Assembly (NCBI GenBank): GCA_951406725.2 | Contig: OX597814.1 | Span: forward strand, 23,250,001 to 23,314,000 | Origin: Octopus vulgaris | Lineage: Eukaryota | Length of the DNA: 64,000 bases | Direction of reading: 5' to 3' | Part shown: positions 38,181 through 50,255 of the stretch, piece by piece | Numbering within the stretch: position 1 is the first letter of the stretch | Layout of the letters: every line of letters begins with the position of its first letter | Notes under the pieces: model-generated | Database searches by the model: none | Told to the model about the DNA's origin: nothing | The model's input: only the letters and a program-made list of their open reading frames with translations | Translations under genes and position numbers: made by a program

Positions 38181-38337
38181 ATAATTTTTGTACATGTACT
38201 GTATATTTTTTCATTATTATTTTTACAATTTGTGTATATATATTTTATTACAGATGCAAAGCGACACCACACACATGCCTCCCAAGTTTCGTTTTCCGTA
38301 CAATATGTGTGATTCTTTGTTTACTCATCTATGGTAC

Positions 38338-38765
38338 ACTCTTTTACTCTTTTACTTGTTTCAGTCATTTGACAGTGGCCATGCTGGAGCACCGCCTCTA
38401 GTCAAGCAAATCGACCCCCATGACTTATTCTTTGTAAACCTAGTACTTATTCTATCGGTTTCTTTTACCAAATTGCTATGTTACAGGGACATAAACACAC
38501 TAGCATCAGTTGTCAAGCAATGTTGGAGGGTGGGACAAACACAGACACACAGACGTATACACATACACACATATATATATATATATTTATGGCTTACGGC
38601 CATATCACGTTGAAAACACCAGTTCTCATCCGATCACTGAAGTTAAGCAACATTGAGCCTAGTTAGTACTTAGATAGGTGACCGCTTGGGAAACCTAAGT
38701 GCTGTAAGCATTCCCTTAGTTAACGGCGGTGCGTCAGCATGGCCGCAGCTCTGAGCTGAAACTAG

Positions 38766-38811
<46 letters not shown>

Positions 38812-38930
38812 GATGCGCTTCTTTCAGTTTCCATCTACCAAATCCAGTCACAAGGCTTTGGTCGGCTCGAGGCTACAGTAGAAGACACTTGTCCAAGGTG
38901 CCACACAGTGGGGCTGAACCCGGAACCATA
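38338..38930 (-). mobile_element. CORE-like SINE hosting a 5S-derived insertion
   Basis: The two halves are collinear around 38590-38780. Confidence 0.85.
38592..38710 (+). pseudogene. Full-length 5S rRNA-derived sequence (head of a SINE3-like chimera)
   Basis: GCTTACGGCCATATCACGTTGAA..CGATCACTGAAGTTAAGC..TTAGTACTT..GACCGCTTGGGAA..GCTGTAAGC. The termini pair, CpG-type transitions are present, and there is no oligo-T terminator. Confidence 0.92.
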
Positions 38931-39739
38931 TATATATATATAAATATGTATGTGTGTGTGTGTGTATATTTGTGTGCCTGTGTTTGTTCCCCCAACATCG
39001 CTTGACAACCAATGCTGGTGTGTTTATGTCCGCGCTTAACTTAGTGGTTCGGCAAAAAAGACCGATAGAATAAGTATTAGGCTTATAAAGAAGAATAAGT
39101 CCTGGGTTCGATTTACTCGACTAGAGGTCGTGCTCCAGCATGGCCACAGTCAAATGACTGAAACAAGTAAAAGAGTAAAAGAGTATACATTTAATCAAGC
39201 TCCCACAAGTACCTTTACAATATTATGTGATTAACAATGCTTCAGTTAGCACTGAGACATGTTAGTTTTTCTTTCATGAAGACTTACTTTGCAGTGAAAG
39301 TAATATAGCACTATTGCTTCTGGTATAGATTTAACAAATGTACAATCAATATTATATTTAAGTTCAGACTCTTTTAATCTCTTTGTGTGTACCTTAAATT
39401 TTGTGAAAAATTACATTCTGCTGCAAAACATTTTATGAACTAATGCATTGCTAAACATGATTCCTTTTACTTAAAATCACTACCCAGTACATTTTTTGTT
39501 CCTAAACACTTAAATGGATAGAATTTTGTTCCTTATTTTATGAACAAGGAAGAATAATTTTCTTCCATTCAAAGGAGACAATTGAAAATAATTCATACTT
39601 TCACAAATGTGCCAGCAAGAACATCATAACAGACACGTGCTTACAGACATATATACATAGATAGATATGTATGCATGTGTGTGTGTATATGTATAACATA
39701 CATACATATATATAATATATACACACACACATACATACA

Positions 39740-39774
<35 letters not shown>

Positions 39775-40415
39775 GCACACACATATCTTCGTTAAAGAAT
39801 ATTTATCTCTTGTTGGATTGAATACTTTTTTGCTGATCCTAACAATAGAAACTGATAGAATAAGTACTAGACTTACAAAGAACAAGTCCTGGAGTCAATT
39901 TGCTCAACTAAAGGCGGTGCTCCAGCATGGCCGCAGTCAAATGACTGAAACAAGTAAAAGAGTAAAAAAAAAAAAGGAGTAAGAGTATGATAATCCTCTT
40001 TCCCTTTTTATTTTATTTTGGTTCAGTACTGCCGTGCAGCACCTTGGGCAATTGTCTTCCACTATCGGCCTGAACCAACCAATGCTTTGTGAGTAAATTG
40101 GAAACTGTAGATGTAAACTGTGTGGGAGCATGTGTATCTTTGTTTGACCCCCTAACCACTGCTTGACAAACAGTGTTGGTTTGTTTATATCGCCCTTTGG
40201 CAAAGAGACTGATAAAAAATAGACTTTAAAATAATTACTAGTATTGATTTATTGATCTAAAATTCTTCAAGGTGGTGCCCCAGAATGGTCATAGTCCTGT
40301 TACTAAAGCAAGTAAAATGTGTTCGGTATTATAGCATTACTTAAGGTGACAAGTTGGCAGGATTGTTAGCACACCTAGTAAAATGCTTAGCAGCATTTTA
40401 TTTGTTTTTATGTTC

Positions 40416-40808
40416 ATCATCATCATCATCATCATCAACGTTTAATGTCCGCTTTCCATGCTAGTATGGGTTGGACGATTTGACTGAGGTCTGGCAAACC
40501 AGATGGCTGCACCAGACTCCAATCTCATATGGCAGAGGTTTTACAGCTGGATGCCCTTCCTAATGTCAAACACTCCAGAGTGTAGTGGGTGCTTTTACAT
40601 GCCACTGGCACGAGGGCCAGTCAGGTGGTACTGGCAGCGGCCATGCTCAAATGGTGCTTTTTATGTGTCACCTGCACAGGAGCCAGTCCAGTGGCACTGG
40701 CAACGAACTCACTTGAATGCTTTTTCATGTCCCACCAGCACAAGTGCCAGTAAGGCGACACAGGTAATGATCTCGAATGGTGCTTTTTACGTGCCATCGG
40801 CATGGAGC
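40416..40808 (-). mobile_element. RTE 3' UTR fragment with internal subrepeats
   Basis: Reverse match to 34620-34981 with a (CAT)n tail. Nested in a Meta-like SINE. Confidence 0.8.
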
Positions 40809-40880
40809 TTGTTCTAAGTTCAAATTCTGCAGAGGTCAACTTTGCATTTCATCCTTTCAATGTAACTGACTTATCCCTTT

Positions 40881-41909
40881 GGATCTTCGTGGATTTCATC
40901 ACTGTTTACAATTCTGTTCCAATTGTTTTCAAATTTGGTATATGGATTAAGTTTTGTATACTAATTATGAAAATGAAATTCATTTTCCCTATAAATCTAC
41001 AATTAAGAAGTTATTAGCCTTTAAAATTTTCAAAATTTGGATATTTTAGCCAATCTGAAGTGAGTATTTTACACATCACTGTGGTGAAAAACTATATTTC
41101 CATAGTAATCAAAGACACTGTGGATGCGCACAAGGAGGAGGAAGTGATACGAGAAAGATAATCTTCTTCTGTTATAATACTCTTATGTTTTTCTCCATCA
41201 CAACACATGAATGAGAAAGGAAGGGATAATAGATGAATAAAGAAGGAATGGGTGATGGCAAACTAATGAGATGGTGAACATTCAATGCTGAAAAGAAAGA
41301 TCAAACAGCGTTTCAATTCTGTATGAGTATATGTGTATGAGTGTGTGTACAAGGGAAGTATGTGAATGTATGTGAACACTGACAAGTCTATTAATTTGAT
41401 TTACCATCCATATCTATATATAAAATATTACAATTAACTGTCATTTTTGATGGCACAGGGTCAGCTAGTTTATTTCATAAAATCCTAGAGTGTATTGCAA
41501 ACTTTCATTCTTGAATATTTTAAACTAATAAATGCCTGTTTTAAACAATGTCTTGCCTGTTATTTCTAGTAACTCTTATTGGTTTGTTTGTTCATAGCTT
41601 TTAAATATTTAAGTTGCTCATGAATGTTTTAATGTTAACTTCATTTGTGTATATTTTAATGTTTTGACTGTTATTTCAAGCACACACACACACACTTCCT
41701 GATTATGGAGGAGGCAGCAAACATACTGTCTTTTGATTGGCTGAAAATTCTAAAAACTATCAAACTTTGAACGCCTGTAACATTTTACCAAAACTTTTCT
41801 GGAATAAATGAATAACAAATTTGGATTCAGCATCATAAATTACATCTGTATGATACATTAAAAAATTCTTTTAAAGATAATTGTAAACTGACAAAAACCA
41901 CAAAGATCC
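40881..41909. mobile_element. Non-autonomous TIR DNA transposon (Merlin- or MULE-like)
   Basis: Imperfect TIRs GGATCTTCGTGG..TTTACAAT / ATTGTAAA..CCACAAAGATCC and 8-bp TSD ATCCCTTT (40873-40880, 41910-41917). Superfamily is inferred from the GG termini and TSD length only. Confidence 0.7.
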
Positions 41910-42681
41910 ATCCCTTTCCTAAAATTGTTGGTCTTGTGCCAAAACTTGAAACCAATATTATAACATTCTTAAAAATAAATCAAAGATAATCAAATATACC
42001 TACCATCCTTAGATAACAAGATTAGCAAGTTGCTAATTTAATATATTATTTTATTACTTACAACCCATATTTTGTTCTAATTATCTCAGACATTGCTTCA
42101 GGTTAGTTTGATATATTTCAGTATATCAAACTTAATCATTCACCTGTCGAGGAACACTTACAAAATGATCTTATCATTCTTTATAATTTGGGTTACCATT
42201 ATTATTTCAGTTATTCCTTGTTGTTGTTTAACTGCAGATTAACCTTGATTGAGACCTATGATCAAATGCATTCAACCCATGACCCTCTCATCATTTTGTG
42301 TGTCTGTAGCTATATTAAGTAGCATAACTTTGTTTTTGTTTTTGAAGATAGTTGGGGTGTGATTTGAGGGAGATTTGGCTATTTCTAGCTAGCAAATTGA
42401 TTGGTTTCTTATTTTAAAGCAAGGTTACAAATTTATAGAAGTACATAGTTGAGTGAATCTCTTCCCATTGTATCGTTGGTAGTTTGTCAGTCATCCTTTT
42501 GAGGTCAATAAGATATAAATATTGAGGGAATGAAAAGTAAAATCAGATCGAATCAATCCTGGCAGATTCAGAATTCTTTAACATAAAGATAAGTAACTAA
42601 GTGTTGAATAGCATTTTCTCTGATGTCCCATGAATTCTGCCATCCACTGACAAGGGTAACACCACACAATACACTCACTAT

Positions 42682-42931
42682 AAGGTGGTGAGCTGGTAAA
42701 GGCGGTGAGCTGGCAGAAACGTTAGCACACCGAGTGAAATGCTTAGCGGTATTTCCTCTACCATTACGTTCTGAGTTCAAATTCTGCCGGGGTCAACTTT
42801 GCTTTTCATCCTTTCGGGGTTGATTAAATAAGTACCAGTTACGCACTGGGGTCGATATAATCGACTTAATCTGTTTGCTTGTCCTTGTTTGTTCCTTCTG
42901 TGTGTAGCTCCTTGTGGGCAGTAAAGAAATA
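42682..42931 (+). mobile_element. SINE with Meta-domain-like centre
   Basis: B box GAGTTCAAATTC and TTTCATCCTTTCGGGGTTGAT..AGTACCAG. 16-bp TSD ACAATACACTCACTAT. Confidence 0.9.
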
Positions 42932-43139
42932 ACAATACACTCACTATGTATGCCACGGCAAATTTGAATATATTTGTACATTATGAGGAGACAAGAATGC
43001 TGATGTTTAAGCAAAGCACTGAGAATTTTCAATGCTATCAGAAGCAATTCACATATTTCCTATATCCCATGAAAAGCTTTGCTCAAAATTCCAGGATAAA
43101 CTTATCCAGTTCTGTGCTAACAGTTTGAATTGAAGATAA

Positions 43140-43530
43140 TCTATATATATAAAGCTGAAGTTGTCTGTGTGTGGCAGGTTTGGTAGCCTTCAACTAACAC
43201 TATCTCCTCCGAGACTCTGTGGTGCAAGTTGACCAAAATTAAGAGTATGGTAGAAGAAGGCTTGCTCTTCATTCCGTAGAATATAAAATTCAAATTGGAC
43301 CATGTTAAGACTAAAAATTATTTACATCAAAAAGGTGGGTTTTTTTCTATGAAAATCCCTATTTTTTACGATTTTTTAACTGTTGTGTCGTTAGTTTTCA
43401 GTGTATTTCAACCAGAAAAATGTTCGCTTACAGAGAATGACAAGCTACATAATGCAACATTTTTACTTTTCAAAGATTCCAATTCTAAAGGGTCAAAATA
43501 AACCCGAGCAATGCCAGGCGATACCACTAG
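43140..43530 (+). mobile_element. Non-autonomous Helitron
   Basis: A|TC start, CCCGAGCAATGCCAGG hairpin remnant, CTAG|T end, no TSD. Confidence 0.85.
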
Positions 43531-43831
43531 TAATAAAATATATGATAATATATTCCTTAAAAGAAGTGGATTCTGTTGAAGTACAAAAATTCCAACTATC
43601 AATGTTAATGTTCAAAATGTGAATAGCAATTATTGTTAAATCAGTGGAAAATGTAAAATCTGAAGTATTAAATTCCATGCTTAATACTATCATTAAATTG
43701 ACATAATATCTTGTATTAATTAGTTAGGTAATATATACAACTTATTTGAATTGAAAGTCTGAATACATCTCTTGATATACACCTAATAAATATTGCTCTC
43801 TATATACTTCAAATCCAATAAATATATGTTT

Positions 43832-44060
43832 TATGTATGTATGTATTATGTATGTATGTTTGCATGTATGTATGTATGTATGTATGTATGTTTGTATGTA
43901 TGTATGTATGCATGTATTATGTATGTATGTTTGTATGTATGTATGTATGTATGTATGTTTGTTTGTATGTATTATGTATGTATGTTTGCATGTATGTATG
44001 TATGTATGTATGTATGTATGTTTGTTTGTATGTATGTATGTATGTATTATGTATGTATAT
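43832..44060. repeat. (TATG)n microsatellite
   Basis: Direct inspection. Confidence 0.95.
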
Positions 44061-44928
44061 AGGTAGGTAGATATATATGTATGCATGTATTTTTGTGTTG
44101 TATGCATATGAGAGAGAGCGAGAGAGAGGGAGAAAGACAGATAGATAGAGAGAGTGTGTGTGTGTGTGCATCTGTATGTATGTGACAAAAAAGTATCTGT
44201 GCATGTGAGTGCATATAAGAGTGTATGTATATGAGCATGTGTGTATATGACAGAAAGTGTCTGCGTATGTGAGTGCATATGAGAGTGTGTGTGTATGTGT
44301 GTGTATGTGTGTGTATGTGTGTACGTGACAGAGAGTATCTGTGCAGGTGAGCTTGTATGCGTGTACATACGTGTTGTGGACATGTGATGTGGGGTATGTG
44401 GTGTGTGGGAGTGTGTTTATACAGGCATACCAACACATTAAAGAGACCAGTTCATATATAGACACATAAATAAATCCTTACCAGCATAGATTTATACATA
44501 AAAATATGTGCAAGCGAAGCATATCAGACAAGTAGATATTGATTGATTTATTTTGATTAAATGACTAAACCAGATTCAAGATGGCCCATATACATTTAAG
44601 CATGAATGATTTATTTGGCAAACAGAGTACTTCTCTTTAGAGGATAGATTCCCTTTGTTTATGGCCTAGAGATTCAGATGACTCATGCAACCTGAAATAC
44701 CTTAGGGGGAAAAACTAGACCTTTATAGTATTCTCTCCCTTGGTAGTTAACGTTCATAGAGTTGTGACTCACTTAAGTGTGTGAGAGGGAGAAAGAGGGT
44801 TATGGAAAGAGACAGACACATTATGATCATGACAGAGACAGATACAACAGCAGTTTAACTTGCTTACAGAATTTAATGAGCAATAACGAAGTTCAAAGCC
44901 TATAGAAGCTTCAGACACGTTTGCACAC

Positions 44929-44932
<4 letters not shown>

Positions 44933-45021
<89 letters not shown>

Positions 45022-45063
45022 CATAGATAGATATATATATATATATATATATATGTATACATA

Positions 45064-45095
<32 letters not shown>
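44933..45095. repeat. (TA)n/(GATA)n/(ATT)n compound microsatellite
   Basis: Direct inspection. Confidence 0.95.
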
Positions 45096-45097
<2 letters not shown>

Positions 45098-45352
45098 ATA
45101 ATAAAAAAAATGAACGAAGGAAAAAGACAGATAAGTATCAGAAAGTTAATTAATTATCAATTCTCAATATTTTCTATAATATATTCTAAGTCAACAACTG
45201 GCTTTGATTGGCTGGTTCTTATTAGTTTTCATAGTCCCAAATTTCATTAATCCACTTCAAAGAAGCAATATTAGAATTTTTCTCGAAATTAGATTTTAGG
45301 TGATGTGTTAAAATGAATTTATGTAATGACAAATATGACTGTTGAATGGTTA

Positions 45353-45520
45353 TGGTAGCAGACTATTAAAATTTAGTTTAGATTTCAAATTGTTTGATTT
45401 TTTTCATAGAATATTAGTAAGGTACTTGCCAGTCCTGGTAGCAGACTATTAAAATTTAGTTTAGATTTCAAATTGTTTGATTTTTTTCATAGAATATTAG
45501 TAAGGTACTTGCCAGTCCTG
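45353..45520. repeat. Perfect 83-bp tandem duplication
   Basis: TGGTAGCAGACTATT.. starts at 45353 and again at 45436. Confidence 0.95.
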
Positions 45521-45739
45521 TTTATGAATAAGCTTTCAGTTCCACCTGTAGCTATCAAACAATATTTATATTATTAATGGTCTTATTAAAGCCATGAAAT
45601 CCATTCAGTTTCTTATACTTAAAGCAAAAGTACTACATGACCATTTGTCATCTTATAAGAAAACTAGTGGTATTCCTAATTCGGGTTTTAAGTAGCTTGG
45701 ACAAGAGAGGTCATTCCTTTTCCCATATTTTAATCCCAG

Positions 45740-46165
45740 GGGTGATGACAAACTGGTGAGATAGTGAACATTCAATGCTGAAAAGAAAAATCAAACAGCG
45801 TTTCAACTCTGTATGAGTACATGTGTATGTGTGCATGTACAAGGGAAGTATGTGAATGTATATGAACACTGACAAGTCTATTAATTTGATTTACCATCCA
45901 TATTTATATATAAAATACTACAATTAGCTGTCATTTTTGATGGCACGGGGCCAGCTAGTTTATTCTATAAAATCATAGAGTGTATTGCAAACTTTCATTC
46001 TTGAATATTTTAAACTAATAAATGCCTGTTTTAAACAATGTCTTGACTGTTATTTCTAGCAACTCCTATTGATTTGTTTGTTCATAGCTTATTTAATTTG
46101 CTTGTGAATGTTTTAATGTTAACTTCATTTGTGTACATTTTAATGTTTTGAATGTTATTTCAAGC
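45740..46165 (+). repeat. Direct duplicate of 41250-41680
   Basis: About 420 bp collinear, running through a Helitron-like end (GGCACGGGGCCAGCTAG) and on into its flank. Confidence 0.9.
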
Positions 46166-46219
46166 AATGTTTTGACATGCCAATGTCCCCACCCCCACTT
46201 CCTGATGATGGAGCCAACT

Positions 46220-46460
46220 TATTCATCTTTATCTCTCTACGTGGAATTATACAAGCCAATGAGAGAAGTACTATGTGATCATTTGGCCTTCTGAAAATGG
46301 CAGTCAAATCTCCTCAAATTATATCCTATCATCTTTAAATGAGAGTGACGCATTGGATAGAATAGTACTGAAAATGCAAAGTACCAAGAGAAGGATTGGA
46401 GGGAGAAGAAACTGGGATGCTTTACACCATATATCTGCTTGATCAGAATTAACCTGAAAC
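46220..46460 (-). repeat. Inverted duplicate of 47815-48054
   Basis: About 240 bp reverse-complement match. Confidence 0.9.
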
Positions 46461-46479
46461 TGAATAACCTTTAAAATCT

Positions 46480-46960
46480 GAAAGCGTGCTTAGTTAGGTA
46501 GGGTGATGCCATTGATATTCAGTTTAGTATTGCTTGTGTAAGAAACAGTTAGAAAGGAAGTTCCAGATAATAACAATCCCTATGGTAAAGGTTTGGTCAA
46601 AATGTTTAGGTGTAAGATATAGTAAGGGCAAGGAGGAAAAGGAGAGGCATGTAGATTGGTAGTACACAGCTTGCTACTTCAAACCAGAAACAATAATATT
46701 GATAGGAAAAAATTGAAAGGATATTAGGATATTGTATGTCAGTTTGCTAGAGGTTGCAGTGTCTTAATGAGTGAAGGTTTCAATATCAGTCAAAAAGATT
46801 CTTGTAGGATGTTGTTTTTATGTAGAGCTTTACAAAACTATACATGTAAGAAGTACTATTTGGGTGCACTTGTGCCTTCTATAGAGCCAGCAACTGCTCA
46901 GCTCTAAAGGAAAGATGAAGCCTTTGAAATATAACTTTGCTAATGTTCCTATAGGCACAT
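46480..46960 (-). mobile_element. Old CR1/Jockey-group LINE 3' ORF remnant
   Basis: Minus strand EQLLAL*KAQVHP resembles LLTLYKAQVRP. Heavily decayed. Confidence 0.45.
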
Positions 46961-47260
46961 GCTGATCAAAAATTGATAAAAACAGGTACAACTTTGAAGG
47001 GCAATTTTGGAAGTTCTTAAAGGTGTGATAGTAGCATGTGAAATAAGTAAAAATAAAAAATAAAGGCGCCCTTTTAAAGCCTAGCCAGGCTCATGGGCCC
47101 AGTTTCCCAGTTTTAATAGTGTATGTGTTCCCCAGCTGGACGGGACACCAGTCCATCGCAGCGTTACTCATTTTTGCCAACTGAGTGGACTGGAGCAACG
47201 TGAAATGAAGTGTTTTGCTCAAGAAATAAGTAAGCATGTTTGTTAACTCTTTCTCTATTG

Positions 47261-47479
47261 CAGTGCTTTTCAAACTTTTTGCTGGAGCGGAGACCCAAGG
47301 AAACATTCCACTGGCTTCAGGAACCCCTATGCAATAATATAATAGTCTTATGCACACATATCTGCACAGGAGAATTAAAAATTACTGCCGATTTTAGCAG
47401 TTTTGTAACTTCTTGCGGAACCCTTGGACTGTACTGGTGGAACCCTAAGGTTCCGCGGAACCCTGGTTGAAAACCACTG
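47261..47479. mobile_element. hAT (Charlie-like) MITE
   Basis: TIRs CAGTGCTTTTCAA / TTGAAAACCACTG and perfect 8-bp TSD CTCTATTG. Confidence 0.92.
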
Positions 47480-47528
47480 CTCTATTGAAACCAAACTGTT
47501 GGCCCTAAAAAAAGAAAGAGCAGCCTGA

Positions 47529-47697
47529 CAGCAGTGTAGCAAAGGAGTGGTCAAGTGGCAGTCCACCTCAGGTGATGCTTTTATGGAGGGGAAGCATTTT
47601 TGGGTCTGGTGCATAAGCCTGTATGGATTGTATCACCCTTTGGTAGAATGGGGAAGGCAAACTGCCCAAGGCAGCACACACCCTAGCTATGCCACTG
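47529..47697. mobile_element. Degenerate hAT-like MITE
   Basis: CAGCAGTGTAGC / GCTATGCCACTG ends with imperfect 8-bp TSD CAGCCTGA / CAGCCCTA. Confidence 0.5.
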
Positions 47698-48259
47698 CAG
47701 CCCTATCACAAGCTATGCTTGAAATGAAGGTAACAGTGAGGTAGTTGGGAAGGTCAGAGGGAAATATTTACCTAAATGTTTCCATGTTAGTGTTTTTATT
47801 GTTGTTGTTATTTGGTTTCAGGTTAATTCTGATCAAGCAGATATATAGTGTAAAGCATTCCAGTTTCTTCTCCCTCCAGTCCTTCTCTTGGTACTTTGCA
47901 TTTTCAGTACTATTCTATCCAATGCACCACTCTCATTTAAAGATGCTAGGATATAATTTGGGGAGATTTGACTGCCATTTTCAGAAGGCCAAATGATCAC
48001 ATAGCACTTCTCTCATTGGCTTCGATAATTCCATGTAGAGAGATGGGGATGAATGAGGCTAAGTTACTTCATAAAATTACAGATTATGATGGGAGGAACA
48101 CCATCAAAATCATTCAACATTAAGATCAAAAAACACTAAAACTGTTGAAACTCAGGTAGGTAAATAGGTCAAAATCATGATATCCCCCCTTATTAAGCTT
48201 ACATATTATTTACAGGAGTATAACTATAAAACTATTTTAGAATGAGGTTGTCGATATTT

Positions 48260-48684
48260 TAGCTGTGGCCAGTGCCCCCTGACTGGCTCCCATGCTGGTG
48301 GCATGTTAAATGCACCATCCAAACATAGTTGATGCCAGTGCCCCCTAATTGGCACTAATGTTGGTGGCACATGAAAACAACAATCTGAATGTGGTTGATA
48401 TCAGTTCTCCCTGACTGGCTCCCATGCCAGTGGCATGTAAAAAGCACCATCTGAACATGATCGATGCCAGGGCCGCCTGACTAGCTCCTGTGCTGGTGGC
48501 ATGTATAAAGCAGCCACTACACTCTCGGAGTGGTTGGCGTTAGGAAGGACATCCAACTGTAGAAACATTGCCAGATCAGATTGGAGCCTGGTGCAGCCTC
48601 TGGCTTTCCAGACCTCAGTCAAACCGTCCAACTCATGCCAACATGGAAAACAGACGTTAAAAGATGACGACGATGATGATGATA
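48260..48684 (+). mobile_element. RTE 3' UTR fragment with subrepeats
   Basis: Repeated GGTGGCATGTAAAAAGCACC motif and (GAT)n tail, as at 34620-34981. Confidence 0.8.
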
Positions 48685-49252
48685 ATGTTGATGAGAACTA
48701 ACCAAATATTATACATTGCACATTCCTAAATAGTTTTCCTCAAATACTAATTACAAAATTTGCAATACCAAACGATATATTCTGGAATTGTCTGACATGT
48801 TATTAATAAGAATGGTAAGGTATGCTTTAGCCACACCAATATTGGTGAGATCTAGCAATGTAGAAATTACAATTCTATAGTCGTTTGGACCATTATTCTC
48901 TCCAGGAGTTTTAATCCAAAACTGTTTGTGAGTGAAGCTAAAGATATGTTCTTATATAAAGTATGTACACATGCATCTAAACACACACATATATGCACAC
49001 ACATGTGCACACATGCACATGCACACACATGTGCATGCATGCACACGCACACACACACAGATATATGTACATGTTGTAAATCAAGTTCATAAGTAGAGTA
49101 AACTATAACTTGAGAAAGTATTTAATGCATTATTGATGCATAGCCAATATTCTTTTATTAACCAGATGATACTTTACAGCAGTAAATTGTTTCAACATAT
49201 TTATGTCTCTCCTCAAAGAATAGATATACACACACTAGCACACACACACACA

Positions 49253-49330
<78 letters not shown>

Positions 49331-49929
49331 GTTACATATTTATATGTCTGTAGTTATGTGTTTATGTATGATTGCATATATGTAATGCATATACCTATTT
49401 AGATCTATTATATGTATGATTGCATGTATGTAATGCATCTAACCTATTTATATTTTTTTATATATGTATGTGATGCACATATGTATGTAAGTATGCAGGG
49501 TATTTCCAGAAAGTTTCAAAACTGCACATGATGTAATTGCACATATTGATCTGCGCAGATAAAAGGAAGTATTCACCGCAGTTGAAATCAGTCGCCCAGC
49601 CAATGTCAACATAACGTTAAAGATTTGTAAAAATAAGAAAAAAAGAGGAACTATGCTGAAATGATGAGAAATCTGCAGGTACTTGGTTCACTTATATAAC
49701 AATAATTATTGGGGAAATTGACTAAATGCTTCAGTATTAATCTTTGGAAGCTAGGTTTTACAAAACCAGACAGAACATGTATAATCAAAAGATTACAGCT
49801 ACAAGCTATCAAAGGCACTGTCAAAATATGTAAAACATTCAAGATGTTTAAATGATGATTCTCATATGCAATGACACTCATACTTGTCTATGTATATGAA
49901 CTTATATATTTACTTATGCCTATATATGT

Positions 49930-50255
49930 TCTGAGACCCCCTTTGGTCACGATACAGACCATGGGATTGCACCCAGAAAGTTACCCTCCCAGGCACAAGT
50001 CCAGGCAAGGTTGTTTATGGAAGACCAGCAGTCGCCCATGCATACCAGCTTGCCCTCTCCACGCCACCAGTGTTATCCAAGGGAAAGGCAATGGCCGACA
50101 CAGCTTGGCACCAGTGACGTTGCAACTCATTTCTACAGCTGAGTGAACTGGAGCAACGTGAAATAAAGTGTCTTGCTTAAGAGCACAACACACAAGCTAA
50201 CAACCTCATGATTGTAAGCTCAACACTCTAACCACTGAGCCATGTGCCTTCATGC
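49930..50255 (-). mobile_element. tRNA-derived SINE (head B / tail C)
   Basis: Matches 33375-33735. Confidence 0.8.

Noticed and set aside
38592-38710. Functional 5S rRNA gene
   Set aside because: Solitary copy with CpG-type and box C substitutions, no T-run terminator, and a retroposon tail with poly(A).
45410-45421. 12-nt microexon candidate AATATTAGTAAG (duplicated at 45493-45504)
   Set aside because: Splice-like flanks exist, but it gives a stop in phase 1 and leads to an early stop in exon E in phase 2. No independent support.
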